Part shown: piece after piece, positions 9,433 through 18,831 of the stretch
Layout: the number at the start of each line of letters is the position of its first letter
Numbering within the stretch: the stretch's first letter is position 1
Virus record (IMG/VR): IMGVR_UViG_3300032047_002388
Location: 1 to 64,000 of that record
DNA length: 64,000 nucleotides
Strand: one strand, 5' to 3'
From: a virus
Program-made: the position numbers and the translations under genes
The notes under the pieces: model-generated
What the model saw: the letters and a program-made list of their open reading frames with translations, nothing else
What the model was told of the DNA's origin: nothing
The model's database searches: none

Positions 9433-9645
9433 ATGAACAAATTTTTTGAAGTTACGGTATCAATCGTAGTGGCCACACTTAAAAATGGTAAGGATAAAAA
9501 GAACAAAGAAATCTACTTAGTAGATGCATTATCAGTAACAGAAGCTGAAGCCAAGGTTGTAAAAGATTTTGAGGATAGTGGAGTTCAGATTGACTACAAA
9601 GTTGTAGGTGCAAAAGAAAGTAGAATTATTAGGGTAATTAGCTAA
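9433..9645 (+). CDS. DUF4494-like protein
   Basis: YLVDALSVTEAEAKV motif typical of Bacteroidota DUF4494. Confidence 0.65.
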   Translation: MNKFFEVTVSIVVATLKNGKDKKNKEIYLVDALSVTEAEAKVVKDFEDSGVQIDYKVVGAKESRIIRVIS

Positions 9646-9911
9646 TGGGAAAAGAACCTGAAGTAGTAAAAGAAGAGATAAAAGTAAAAGTTGCTAAGAG
9701 AGTACCACCAGGAGATAGGTGGTCTCCCTTAGATAACGAAACTGTTATATTAGATTCTCTTACAGATGTTTTAGAATATGTTTACCAAAAACAAGGTGTA
9801 ACACAATTTTTTATGGATGCTAAGGAAGGGTTCACCTATATTATCCAACAAGAAGAAAAAGTAATAGAACCAGAACCAACAAAAACATGGAGTTTATACG
9901 GTGAAGAGTAG
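9645..9911 (+). CDS. hypothetical protein
   Basis: 88-aa ORF translationally coupled to the previous gene. Confidence 0.7.
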   Translation: MGKEPEVVKEEIKVKVAKRVPPGDRWSPLDNETVILDSLTDVLEYVYQKQGVTQFFMDAKEGFTYIIQQEEKVIEPEPTKTWSLYGEE

Positions 9912-10051
9912 AATAAAAACAAAACTGAGAAACATTTTATTTTCATTATTATTAATAATTGGACACACATTTCCTAGTTCAGGAATAATCAAAGAATGTG
10001 ATAATGATTATGAAGATAGTGATGATATCCAGATGTTTATTTAATAACACT

Positions 10052-10060
10052 ATATTTATA
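10052..10060 (+). promoter_or_regulatory. putative late promoter ATAYTTATA
   Basis: ATATTTATA, intergenic. Confidence 0.45.
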
Positions 10061-10092
10061 GTAGATACTAACATTAACAAACAAAAAAAACT

Positions 10093-10407
10093 ATGCAAAC
10101 TGTTTTAATTATTTTAGGTCTCCTTGCAATAGGAGCCGGAGTTTACTTCTTTCTTATCAAGACTGGTAAGATTGAGGACAAAGATGGTGATTTAATTGCC
10201 GATGATGTAGAAGAAGTTATCGAAGATGTTAAAGACACTGTTAAGACTGTAAAGAGAAGAGCCAAAAGAGTAAAAGAAGAGCTTGGTGATGTTGCTGATG
10301 CAATCAAAGAGGTTGGTAAACAATCTAAAGATGTTGTAAAAGCTGCAAAAGGTGCTACTCGTAAAGGTAGACCATCAAGAAAGAAATCTTCAAGAGCTAA
10401 AAAATAA
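10093..10407 (+). CDS. membrane-anchored protein with basic C-terminus
   Basis: N-terminal TM, amphipathic repeats, K/R-rich tail. Confidence 0.7.
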   Translation: MQTVLIILGLLAIGAGVYFFLIKTGKIEDKDGDLIADDVEEVIEDVKDTVKTVKRRAKRVKEELGDVADAIKEVGKQSKDVVKAAKGATRKGRPSRKKSSRAKK

Positions 10408-10416
10408 GGAGTAACA

Positions 10417-11238
10417 TTGAGTTTAAAGAAACTTATAACCGAGACAGTGGTCATTGATTCCATGTTCGATATGGAGCAGGAATTATTGAACCTCAAAGAA
10501 TCTATCTTAGAACAAATGATTGTTGAGGGAGTAGATGACCCTGGCATATTGAAATGTGTTTTCATGGCCGGTGGACCTGGAAGTGGAAAATCGTTCACTG
10601 CCATGGAAATCTTCGGTATAGATAAAAGACTCAAAGCATCATTTTCCTCAACTGGTCTTAAATCAGTTAATTCGGATTCGGCATTTGAAAAAGGATTAAA
10701 GGATAATGGTATTGACCCAAAAGATTTAGCAAGAATTGAAAAAGAAGAACCAGAGTTGTGGGATAAAATTACTGCAACACCTGGTGGTATCAGAGATAAG
10801 GCAAAACAACTAACTGCAAAACAAAAGAAGTTTTACGAAGCAGGTAGATTGGGAATGATTATCGATGGTACTGGTCATGTTTACAGTAAGATTCAGAAGA
10901 ATAAGAAATACGCTGAATCACTAGGTTACGATACTTACATGGTATTCGTTAATACTTCACTAGAAGTTGCCCAAGAAAGAAATAAACAAAGAGAAAGAGT
11001 ATTACCAGATGATTTGTTAGAGAAATCTTGGAAAGATGTTCAGAACAATTTAGGTAAATTCCAAAATCTATTTGGTGGTAATTTTAGAATTGTAGATAAT
11101 ACAGTTTATAAACCTATCGCAAGAGAAGTTCAAAAGGCAGTTAATTCTTTTGTAAGAAAGAAAATATATAATCCAATCGGTAAAAAATGGATTGAAACTG
11201 CAAGGGCCTTAAAAAAGAATAACCTTATTAAAAAGTAA
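10417..11238 (+). CDS. P-loop kinase (AAA_33/zeta-toxin-like)
   Basis: MAGGPGSGKS, VNSD, IIDGTG, RNKQRER; TTG start with AAGGAG SD. Confidence 0.7.
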   Translation: MSLKKLITETVVIDSMFDMEQELLNLKESILEQMIVEGVDDPGILKCVFMAGGPGSGKSFTAMEIFGIDKRLKASFSSTGLKSVNSDSAFEKGLKDNGIDPKDLARIEKEEPELWDKITATPGGIRDKAKQLTAKQKKFYEAGRLGMIIDGTGHVYSKIQKNKKYAESLGYDTYMVFVNTSLEVAQERNKQRERVLPDDLLEKSWKDVQNNLGKFQNLFGGNFRIVDNTVYKPIAREVQKAVNSFVRKKIYNPIGKKWIETARALKKNNLIKK

Positions 11239-11241
11239 AAA

Positions 11242-11940
11242 ATGAACCTTGAACAGGTTTACAAACAACATAATACTTTTCTCAAACAAAATCAAGAAAA
11301 CGTAACAGAGATAATGGTACGAAGTGATGGTGATAATAAATTTACAATCACTACCAAAAAAATTGCAAGTAGATTACTTGAAAGTAAGGGATTATATAGT
11401 TCAACTCATTTTTATCCTACCTTTGATACAAACTGTACTCTTTTTCCATACAAATCATCTGATTTTAAAAACCCACTTACTGAAAATTGTAAAAACCTTT
11501 TAGAAACTGTTGGTTATGAATCATATGAAGATTTATTAGTAAATGGTGATATTACTGCTTGGGTAAGAGACCCATTCGAAAGATTACTAACTGCAATAAT
11601 AGAGGAAACAAAAGATGATTATGATTTATTTACAGAATCAGAAGTTGCCTTAGATTATTGGTTAGATGAGGTAGTTAAGAAGGGATATTCAATAAATTCA
11701 TTCCATTGTAATGAATATCATCGATTGGTGTACTTAATATCAAAATCCAATACAAACTCGTTTAATAGTATAGATGTACCTAAACCAGTTAATCACATGG
11801 AAGAAAGTACAAAAAATCAGATTAGTAATAATAAATGGAAAGATGCCATGAGAGAATCTTTACTACAAGGTGAGCGTTTATTAAAAGTAGAGAATTACCT
11901 TACATCTGAATATATTTTTTACAAATTATTGAAAAAATAA
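11242..11940 (+). CDS. sulfotransferase-like protein
   Basis: TKKIASR and VRDPFERLL motifs; paralog of 18832. Confidence 0.45.
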   Translation: MNLEQVYKQHNTFLKQNQENVTEIMVRSDGDNKFTITTKKIASRLLESKGLYSSTHFYPTFDTNCTLFPYKSSDFKNPLTENCKNLLETVGYESYEDLLVNGDITAWVRDPFERLLTAIIEETKDDYDLFTESEVALDYWLDEVVKKGYSINSFHCNEYHRLVYLISKSNTNSFNSIDVPKPVNHMEESTKNQISNNKWKDAMRESLLQGERLLKVENYLTSEYIFYKLLKK

Positions 11941-11982
11941 AAAATGTATATTTAGTACTATACACAAAATATATATTACAAC

Positions 11983-12150
11983 ATGGGAATAACTGAATTA
12001 CTAGAAAAACTACAAAGCTTAAATTATCAGTTAGAAGAAGCAATTGAATCTCAAGATTGGGATGATGTTAGTACTGTCAAAGGTGAATTAGATGAATTAA
12101 TTCTTGAAGGAGACAGAGCTGGATTTGATTCTTATGATACTTACGAATAA
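11983..12150 (+). CDS. small acidic hypothetical protein (55 aa)
   Basis: own translation MGITELLEKL...YDTYE fills the gap. Confidence 0.6.
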   Translation: MGITELLEKLQSLNYQLEEAIESQDWDDVSTVKGELDELILEGDRAGFDSYDTYE

Positions 12151-12153
12151 AAT

Positions 12154-12540
12154 ATGATTATACCAATAGATGTAAAACCACCGAAAAGAGTAGAAAAAGT
12201 TTGGGGACACGAACTTTGGATACACAATGATGAAGAATATTGTGGTAAATTACTAGTGTTTGAAAAAGAGATGGCAAACTTCTCAATGCACTACCATCTG
12301 AAAAAGAAAGAAACTTGGTACATACAACAAGGTTCTTTTCAGTTCAATTGGATTGATGTTGAAGATGGACAACATGATAGCAGGATTCTAAAGGAGGGAG
12401 ATTCTGTTCTAATAGAAAGAGGACAACCACATCAATTAATATCGTTAGAAGAGAACTCAATCGTTTTTGAGGTATCTACACAACATTTTGATGAGGATTC
12501 ATATAGAATATACAGAAACACACCTAATGATTTATTATGA
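12154..12540 (+). CDS. cupin (sugar isomerase-like)
   Basis: EKVWGHE, SMHYHLKKKETW, GQPHQL. Confidence 0.8.
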   Translation: MIIPIDVKPPKRVEKVWGHELWIHNDEEYCGKLLVFEKEMANFSMHYHLKKKETWYIQQGSFQFNWIDVEDGQHDSRILKEGDSVLIERGQPHQLISLEENSIVFEVSTQHFDEDSYRIYRNTPNDLL

Positions 12541-12686
12541 GTAAAGTAAAACAACCGATTAGATTCACAAAAGAATTTTCTCCAAAGTACAACTCTCCAG
12601 CAATGAAAGCATCACTTTTAGAACAAGGTTGGAAGTTTAAAGGTACAAATAAAGATAACCCCATCTTTGAATATTACCACGCATAA
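12537..12686 (+). CDS. small hypothetical protein (49 aa)
   Basis: ATGA-coupled ORF MSKVKQPIRF...YYHA. Confidence 0.5.
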   Translation: MSKVKQPIRFTKEFSPKYNSPAMKASLLEQGWKFKGTNKDNPIFEYYHA

Positions 12687-12693
12687 AATAATT

Positions 12694-12760
12694 GCAAAAT
12701 AATTAAGAAATGCCATTGTAGTCTCGGCGGAAATACTTATATTAGCTATGTAAGATTAAG
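12694..12760 (+). promoter_or_regulatory. conserved early-type promoter repeat (ATTGTRGTCT allele)
   Basis: GCAAAATAATT...ATGCCATTGTAGTCTC...TATATTAGCTATGTAAGATT. Confidence 0.8.
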
Positions 12761-12776
12761 ATAAAACGCTAGAACT

Positions 12777-14876
12777 ATGAGTAAATACAATTCTTCTTTT
12801 TGGTACGATGATTTCGATACAGATGACTCGATTCTCGATAACCTAACAGATACAGAAAAGAAATCCTTAGATTTATACAAGTTGGCATCATCCAAGAGGG
12901 CGATATCTAACTTTGTTAATATCGTAACAAACGAATCAATACCAGTTCAATTCAAAGAAAGGGGTGATTCTTACACCGATGGTAAAACTGTTGTTATTGG
13001 TAGTAAGATAGAACAACCAAAAGATTTTGATGTGGCTGTTGGTTTGGCACTTCACGAGGGTTCTCACATAAAACTTTCCAATTTTAAATTACTAAACGAT
13101 TTATACAATTTGATTCCTACTCATGTTACTGATGGGGCAATCAAAAAAGGTATTTACAATACACAAGAAATTGTTAAGAACCTTTGGAACTATGTAGAGG
13201 ATAGAAGAATTGATAACTACGTTTTCAAATCAGCTCCTGGTTACAGAGATTATTACAGAAAGATGTACGATAAGTACTTCAATGATAAGTTGATTGATAA
13301 GGCATTACTTTCAGATGAACATACTAATGAGGATATTAATAGTTACTTGTTCAGAATTATTAACCTTCATAACAAAAATACAAATCTTTCGGCGTTGAAA
13401 GGTTTAAGAAAGATTTACAGATTAGTTGGTTTGAACAAAATCAGTAGATTAAAAACTTCACAAGATTCACTTGATGTGGCGTTAGAAATATTCAAAGTTA
13501 TTTTGAGTAACATGAATGATGTATCAGATGGTGGAGATGAAACTCCTCAACCACAGAAAGGTGGTGAAGGTGAAGGTTCTGATGGTAGTTCTGATGATGG
13601 ACAAGGTTCTTCTGATAACACAATGAGTGATGAAGATTTCAATGACCTGATGGACTCAGTTGGTAAATCACCAATAGATGGTGGTTCTGATGAAACTCCT
13701 ACTGGTGGTGGTGGAATGGATGTTGATAATCTACCTGATAATATGGATGGTACTAAATCTTCATCATCAGATTCTAAATCAAAATCTTCAATTCAACTTT
13801 CAGATAGACAAAAAGAACTTCTTAAAAAGAAGATTGAAAAACAAAAGAAATTCTTGGATGGTGATATCCAAAAGAAATCAATAACTAAATCAGATTCTAA
13901 GAATCTAAACTCTATTGAAGAGAGTGGTTCTGAAATCAAACAAGTTGGTAATGGAACCAGAACAGGTTATTGGAATAACCAAACTACTCCTTGTATTGTA
14001 GTTAAGAGAATGACCAAGAGTTTATATGAATCAGAATTATTCCCAATGACAAGGTTAAACTATTGGAACGAAAAAGAAGGACCAGTTAGAATGCACTACC
14101 AAGATTCAGTTGATAAAGGTATCAAACTTGGTTCTATCTTAGGTAAGAAACTTCAAGTGAGAGGTGAAGATAGAAGTACTGTTTTCAACAGACAGAAAAT
14201 CGGTAAGATTGATAAGAGAATGATTTCATCTCTTGGATTTGGTAACGAGAATGTATTCCAATTTACTGAGATTGATTCTTACAAGAAGGCCAACCTTCAC
14301 ATATCAGTAGATGCTAGTTCATCTATGGGTGGTAGTAAATGGGATAAAACAATGACCAATGTAGTTGCTATTTGTAAGGCAGTTGATATGATTCCTAACT
14401 TACAAATTCAAGTAACATTCAGATTGACTCAAGATAACAAACCATACATCGTTATGGCCTACGATTCAAGAGTAGATAAGTTTTCTAAAGTAAAGAATAT
14501 GTTCGGTGGATTAGGACCAAGTGGAACTACACCTGAGGGATTATGTTTCGAGGCTATTCAAAAAGAGTTTGTTCCAATCAATAATGATATGGATTCTTAC
14601 TTCTTGAATATCTCAGATGGACAACCTTACTTCCCTGGCAATGGGTTCTACTATGGTGGTGAAACTGCTGAAAAACACACCAACAAAATGGTGAAGATGA
14701 TTGAGAGTATGGGAATTCAAACTCTAGCCTACTTCGTAACAGATTGGGAAATGGATGTAGAATCCTCTGATGCAAGAAGTTTCAAAAGAATGTATGGTAA
14801 AGGTGCCAAGATGATTGATGTTAATAATGTTAATCAAATCACAAAAACAATGAACGAATTATTTTTGGCAAAATAA
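12777..14876 (+). CDS. vWA-domain protein with N-terminal HEXXH metallopeptidase-like domain (CobT-like)
   Basis: LHEGSH, NYVEDRRI, acidic G/D/S linker, MIDAS DASSSM...GTTP...ISDG. Confidence 0.85.
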   Translation: MSKYNSSFWYDDFDTDDSILDNLTDTEKKSLDLYKLASSKRAISNFVNIVTNESIPVQFKERGDSYTDGKTVVIGSKIEQPKDFDVAVGLALHEGSHIKLSNFKLLNDLYNLIPTHVTDGAIKKGIYNTQEIVKNLWNYVEDRRIDNYVFKSAPGYRDYYRKMYDKYFNDKLIDKALLSDEHTNEDINSYLFRIINLHNKNTNLSALKGLRKIYRLVGLNKISRLKTSQDSLDVALEIFKVILSNMNDVSDGGDETPQPQKGGEGEGSDGSSDDGQGSSDNTMSDEDFNDLMDSVGKSPIDGGSDETPTGGGGMDVDNLPDNMDGTKSSSSDSKSKSSIQLSDRQKELLKKKIEKQKKFLDGDIQKKSITKSDSKNLNSIEESGSEIKQVGNGTRTGYWNNQTTPCIVVKRMTKSLYESELFPMTRLNYWNEKEGPVRMHYQDSVDKGIKLGSILGKKLQVRGEDRSTVFNRQKIGKIDKRMISSLGFGNENVFQFTEIDSYKKANLHISVDASSSMGGSKWDKTMTNVVAICKAVDMIPNLQIQVTFRLTQDNKPYIVMAYDSRVDKFSKVKNMFGGLGPSGTTPEGLCFEAIQKEFVPINNDMDSYFLNISDGQPYFPGNGFYYGGETAEKHTNKMVKMIESMGIQTLAYFVTDWEMDVESSDARSFKRMYGKGAKMIDVNNVNQITKTMNELFLAK

Positions 14877-14934
14877 TTAAGAAATGCCATTGTGGTCTCG
14901 GATTTTTTTACTATATTAGCTATGTAAGATTGAG
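14868..14934 (+). promoter_or_regulatory. conserved early-type promoter repeat (ATTGTRGTCT allele)
   Basis: near-identical to 12694-12760. Confidence 0.8.
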
Positions 14935-14962
14935 ATAAAGTTAAACCTATAAAACATAAAAT

Positions 14963-16180
14963 ATGACAGATTTAAAACAAGGTTACATTCCAAACGAAGT
15001 TTACAAAGTAGAACAGTTTGGTAATACGTTTAAGTTGATTGATACTCAAGGTGTCAAAGTTGGTACTATGGGTGCCACAACTACAAATAGGAAGAACGCT
15101 TTCAAACAAGGAAAGGCTCTTCAAGGATTTATCACTAAGAGTGGTAAAAAGATTTATAAAAAAGTTGATATGGATGTGTACAACGCACTAGTTATCCCAA
15201 TGAATACTCAAGATGGTAGTGTTCAGTTTGAGGATAAAGGTGACCACACGGCCATTAAAGATTTTATCCACAAAGGTTCGGTTGGGTTGAAACCTACTGA
15301 ATTAGTTATGGAAGAACTAAAGTGGAAATACCTCATCAGAAGTGCTGTGAGGGCTAAAAATATTATGATGACTGGTCCAAGTGGTTGTGGTAAAACCATG
15401 GCTGCCAAGGCGTTGGTAAACGCACTTGATAGACCAGATTTCTATTTCAACCTTGGGGCTACTCAAGACCCGAGAGCTACACTAATTGGTAATACTCACT
15501 TTGATAAACAGAGAGGAACTTACTTCTCTGAATCATCGTTTGTTCAAGCCATCAAAACACCCAACGCGGTTATTCTCTTGGATGAGTTATCTAGGGCTCA
15601 TCCAGACGCGTGGAACATCCTAATGACTGTTCTTGACCAAGGTCAAAGATACTTGAGATTGGATGAGGCTGATGGTTCACCGATTGTGAATGTGGCTGAA
15701 GGTGTTACGTTCATCGCAACGGCTAACATCGGTAATGAATATACATCAACAAGAGTGATGGATAGAGCGATTCTTGATAGATTTGTTACTATCGAAATGG
15801 ATGTTCTTGATGATGTGAAAGAATTTGGATTACTTAAGTTTATGTTTCCAGAAGTGAATGAAGATGATTTGAAAGCAATTTCAGAGATATCTCACCACAC
15901 TAGAACTCAATCAATGAGTGAGAATGGAAAACTAACTTCAATGGTTTCAACAAGAGCCTCTGTTGAGATGGCTGGATTAATCTACGATGGGTTCTCACTT
16001 CTTGAATCTGCTGAGATTTCAATCTTCCCATTCTTCTCACAAGATGGTGGTGTTGATTCCGAAAGAACATACATCAAACAATTGGTTCAGAAATACCAAA
16101 AAGATGAAAATGGTGAACCTCTATTCAAAGAAGTAGAGGACAACCAAGAAGAGAATGAGGATTCAGTTCCTCAGTTTTAG
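14963..16180 (+). CDS. MoxR-type AAA+ ATPase (CobS/CbbQ/NorQ-like)
   Basis: GPSGCGKT, ILLDELSR, IATAN, DRAILDRF. Confidence 0.9.
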   Translation: MTDLKQGYIPNEVYKVEQFGNTFKLIDTQGVKVGTMGATTTNRKNAFKQGKALQGFITKSGKKIYKKVDMDVYNALVIPMNTQDGSVQFEDKGDHTAIKDFIHKGSVGLKPTELVMEELKWKYLIRSAVRAKNIMMTGPSGCGKTMAAKALVNALDRPDFYFNLGATQDPRATLIGNTHFDKQRGTYFSESSFVQAIKTPNAVILLDELSRAHPDAWNILMTVLDQGQRYLRLDEADGSPIVNVAEGVTFIATANIGNEYTSTRVMDRAILDRFVTIEMDVLDDVKEFGLLKFMFPEVNEDDLKAISEISHHTRTQSMSENGKLTSMVSTRASVEMAGLIYDGFSLLESAEISIFPFFSQDGGVDSERTYIKQLVQKYQKDENGEPLFKEVEDNQEENEDSVPQF

Positions 16181-16204
16181 GGTTATCACTTACAAATGAG
16201 ATAC

Positions 16205-16245
16205 GAGAGGTGGAAAGCGGTTTAACAAAGCTCACCTCTCTATTT
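16205..16245 (+). terminator. stem-loop after the MoxR gene
   Basis: GAGAGGTG (16205-12) / CACCTCTC (16233-40), followed by TATTT. Confidence 0.55.
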
Positions 16246-16260
16246 CTAAATTAACAAATT

Positions 16261-16443
16261 ATGGATGGAATTATAGTTTACTTATTGATTGGAACGTTGT
16301 GGTGTTTTATCACAGACGTATTTATGACTGAGATGGAGAATAACAATACAAGATTAAGATATGTTATCTTCTGGCCAGTAACAGTTATAGCATTTATTTG
16401 GGGATTTATTGAAGCAATGAAGAATAGAGATGAGGAAATGTAA
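16261..16443 (+). CDS. small membrane protein
   Basis: two hydrophobic segments, IFWP motif. Confidence 0.65.
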   Translation: MDGIIVYLLIGTLWCFITDVFMTEMENNNTRLRYVIFWPVTVIAFIWGFIEAMKNRDEEM

Positions 16444-16783
16444 TGTTTGTAATCGTAGAAAACCTAATTGGTTTTTCAAAACACCTGAAAAGAAAACTTG
16501 CAGACAATGTGAGTTCAGTTGGTGGAGGTGGTTTCTACGTTCATTAATAAAACAAAGAAAATTAACAGCAGCAGAACGATTAGGTAACCGATTGGGTTAC
16601 ATGGGAACTGCATTCATTATGATGTCACCATATCTTTTACCTTATGATAATATCGGTGCATACACTTACTTGATTGGAGCAGTATTATCCTTACCACAAG
16701 TTTGGTTGGCAAAACAATGGAACTTAGTAATCGTAAATTTTAACTTACTGATTGGATATGGAATGTATCTATTCGGTTCATAA
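16430..16783 (+). CDS. Zn-ribbon plus 3-TM membrane protein
   Basis: CNVC...CRQC then three TM segments containing LPQV; paralog of 31682. Confidence 0.6.
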   Translation: MRKCNVCNRRKPNWFFKTPEKKTCRQCEFSWWRWFLRSLIKQRKLTAAERLGNRLGYMGTAFIMMSPYLLPYDNIGAYTYLIGAVLSLPQVWLAKQWNLVIVNFNLLIGYGMYLFGS

Positions 16784-16794
16784 AAAATTTAATA

Positions 16795-17007
16795 TTGAAA
16801 GAAAAAAATACATTTATGTTAACATCTGCACACTATGAAACTATTAGAAAAATGATTCGATACTTTTCTAAAAATATCAAGGTAGAGAATGGTAATAAAA
16901 ATAAAGTAGAATTTTTAGATACGATGTTAAGACAACAATTCTATAATAGAAATGAAAGAGGATTGTTAAATAAAATGAGAACAGTTTACTTAGACCAATG
17001 GAGATAG
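16795..17007 (+). CDS. hypothetical protein
   Basis: ORF within the operon. Confidence 0.55.
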   Translation: MKEKNTFMLTSAHYETIRKMIRYFSKNIKVENGNKNKVEFLDTMLRQQFYNRNERGLLNKMRTVYLDQWR

Positions 17008-17210
17008 ATTTACATGGAATGACTCACGAACAAGCAGTTTTAGAGACAGAGAATTTATTACTAATGGAATACAAATACGCAGATGAGTTCAAAGTAATCA
17101 CAGGCAACTCACCAAAACTTCAAGATAAAATTACAGAGATGTTAGACAAACATGGATTCAGATGGTACATACCCTCATGGAATCTTGGAGTTGTGATGGT
17201 AAGTTATTAA
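16998..17210 (+). CDS. stand-alone Smr domain protein
   Basis: IDLHG...VITG...NLG. Confidence 0.8.
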   Translation: MEIDLHGMTHEQAVLETENLLLMEYKYADEFKVITGNSPKLQDKITEMLDKHGFRWYIPSWNLGVVMVSY

Positions 17211-17260
17211 AAAATGCCATTGTAGTCTAAAATATTTTTTGTATATTAGCAAATATAAGA
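17211..17260 (+). promoter_or_regulatory. conserved early-type promoter repeat (ATTGTRGTCT allele)
   Basis: ATGCCATTGTAGTCT...TATATTAGC. Confidence 0.75.
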
Positions 17261-17268
17261 TTAAAATT

Positions 17269-17478
17269 ATGAGTTTAAGAGATACAGTAAAAGATTGGTT
17301 AAGAGAGGGTAAGGAGATTAAACCAAAAAATCCTCTTTGTTCAAAAAGGTTGGTTATTAAAAACCTAAATCAAATCAAACAATTATTGGAAGAAGATTCC
17401 CCAATGATTGCAAAGGAAAGAATAAAGTTCTTAATATCAGATATTGAGAATGGAAAATTAAACGCAGGAAATTTATAA
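17269..17478 (+). CDS. hypothetical protein
   Basis: start moved to the ATG downstream of the promoter. Confidence 0.65.
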   Translation: MSLRDTVKDWLREGKEIKPKNPLCSKRLVIKNLNQIKQLLEEDSPMIAKERIKFLISDIENGKLNAGNL

Positions 17479-17493
17479 TTAATAAATAATAAA

Positions 17494-17628
17494 ATGGCAA
17501 AACAAACAAGTGAATGGATGACTAGGTTGGTGGAGAAATACCGCATCCCCTCTGAGAAGAGTAAACCAATCAAAATTTTAACTGAAGAACAATTAAAAAG
17601 GATAAAAAAGAACGATGGGAAGAATTAA
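17494..17628 (+). CDS. small basic hypothetical protein (44 aa)
   Basis: own translation MAKQTSEWMTRLVEKY... Confidence 0.5.
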   Translation: MAKQTSEWMTRLVEKYRIPSEKSKPIKILTEEQLKRIKKNDGKN

Positions 17629-17896
17629 AAAACTATTAGATGAACAAACTTATATAATGAGTTTGGGTGAAGAACAAGAATTAAACAAAGAATTTGAAGA
17701 TTTCAAGAATTCACAAGAATATGTTGCAAAAGTAAATGAAGAGTTCAACTTACATAAATCAAAATATTCTGATGCTGAGGTTGATAACGCTATTAAATAC
17801 GCATTTGAATGTATCCAACTACCACCAGAAGAGATTGGAATCAATGTATATCAGAAGTTGTGGAGACAACATTTCTATGAAATTTTAAACAGTTAA
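17615..17896 (+). CDS. hypothetical protein
   Basis: ORF within the operon. Confidence 0.65.
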   Translation: MGRIKKLLDEQTYIMSLGEEQELNKEFEDFKNSQEYVAKVNEEFNLHKSKYSDAEVDNAIKYAFECIQLPPEEIGINVYQKLWRQHFYEILNS

Positions 17897-17897
17897 A

Positions 17898-18395
17898 ATG
17901 GCTTATAATCCCTTCAGATGGTACACACAAGGTAAGTACCGAAAGAAACCACTTAAGAAAGCATCACCACTTCTATCCAAGATTAGAAATGGAGATTTTG
18001 AATCATCACCTTTTTTCAGAGAGGCAAAAGATAATGAAAAGTTATACGATAAAATGTATAATGAATTCATGGAATCATCACATATTTCTGATGAGAATGA
18101 TAAAAAGGTAGAAGCCCATCAACACGCAAAGATGAAGAGAATCAAGGCACAAAAGTTAATGGAGAAGGGATTAGAAGAAGAGTTAACAAGATTGAAAGAA
18201 CTAAGAAGTGAATTAACTAGAGAGTTTGGTAAAGATTTATGGGAAGAATCATTGGAGAGACAGAGAGGAAAAGGAAGAACCGAAGATTTATATTTTTGGT
18301 ATAAAAAACAGATGAAGTTAGGTCAAACACCATCTGAAATCGCAATAGCATTAGGTAGGAAAACTACAAAAGGTCTATTACCTAATATTTATTAA
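17898..18395 (+). CDS. hypothetical protein
   Basis: 165-aa helical ORF. Confidence 0.7.
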   Translation: MAYNPFRWYTQGKYRKKPLKKASPLLSKIRNGDFESSPFFREAKDNEKLYDKMYNEFMESSHISDENDKKVEAHQHAKMKRIKAQKLMEKGLEEELTRLKELRSELTREFGKDLWEESLERQRGKGRTEDLYFWYKKQMKLGQTPSEIAIALGRKTTKGLLPNIY

Positions 18396-18396
18396 T

Positions 18397-18573
18397 ATGA
18401 AAGATACTCTACTAGAGAAGGCAATCAAAGTTATAGATTCATGTAAAAATGATATCCATTTTGATGGTGCAATCAGATATGTAGATAATTTCAAAAAGTT
18501 TAGTACTCAGAAAGAGTACGATTTTATATTAACCCATTTACATAAAAAATTAAATAGTTATAATGGAAATTAA
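18397..18573 (+). CDS. small hypothetical protein (58 aa)
   Basis: own translation MKDTLLEKAIKVIDSC... fills the gap. Confidence 0.55.
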   Translation: MKDTLLEKAIKVIDSCKNDIHFDGAIRYVDNFKKFSTQKEYDFILTHLHKKLNSYNGN

Positions 18574-18829
18574 GAAGAGTAGATATGGACAAGACCGTTC
18601 ATATGAGAAGATTGATGAGAAGAGAATCCGAGTAACGGGTCAATCTAAATTTGTAAGAGCATCTGAATCAGAAGATGGAACAGTTATTATGTATGATATG
18701 GAAGGTGGTCCATGTTTCAATGTTAACGCAAAGATTAGATATAGACACAAAGATTATGTAATCGAAAAAATTCAACCTCTAAAAAGTGTTCATGAAGATT
18801 TATGTGAGGTTGTACTTCACTTAAAATAA
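18563..18829 (+). CDS. hypothetical protein
   Basis: KSRYG...DMEGGP ORF. Confidence 0.7.
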   Translation: MEIKKSRYGQDRSYEKIDEKRIRVTGQSKFVRASESEDGTVIMYDMEGGPCFNVNAKIRYRHKDYVIEKIQPLKSVHEDLCEVVLHLK

Positions 18830-18831
18830 AA

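Noticed and set aside
10417-11238. Zeta toxin-antitoxin module; likewise 46500 as a YwqK antitoxin
   Set aside because: Only fold-level resemblance, and no cognate partner gene is recognisable
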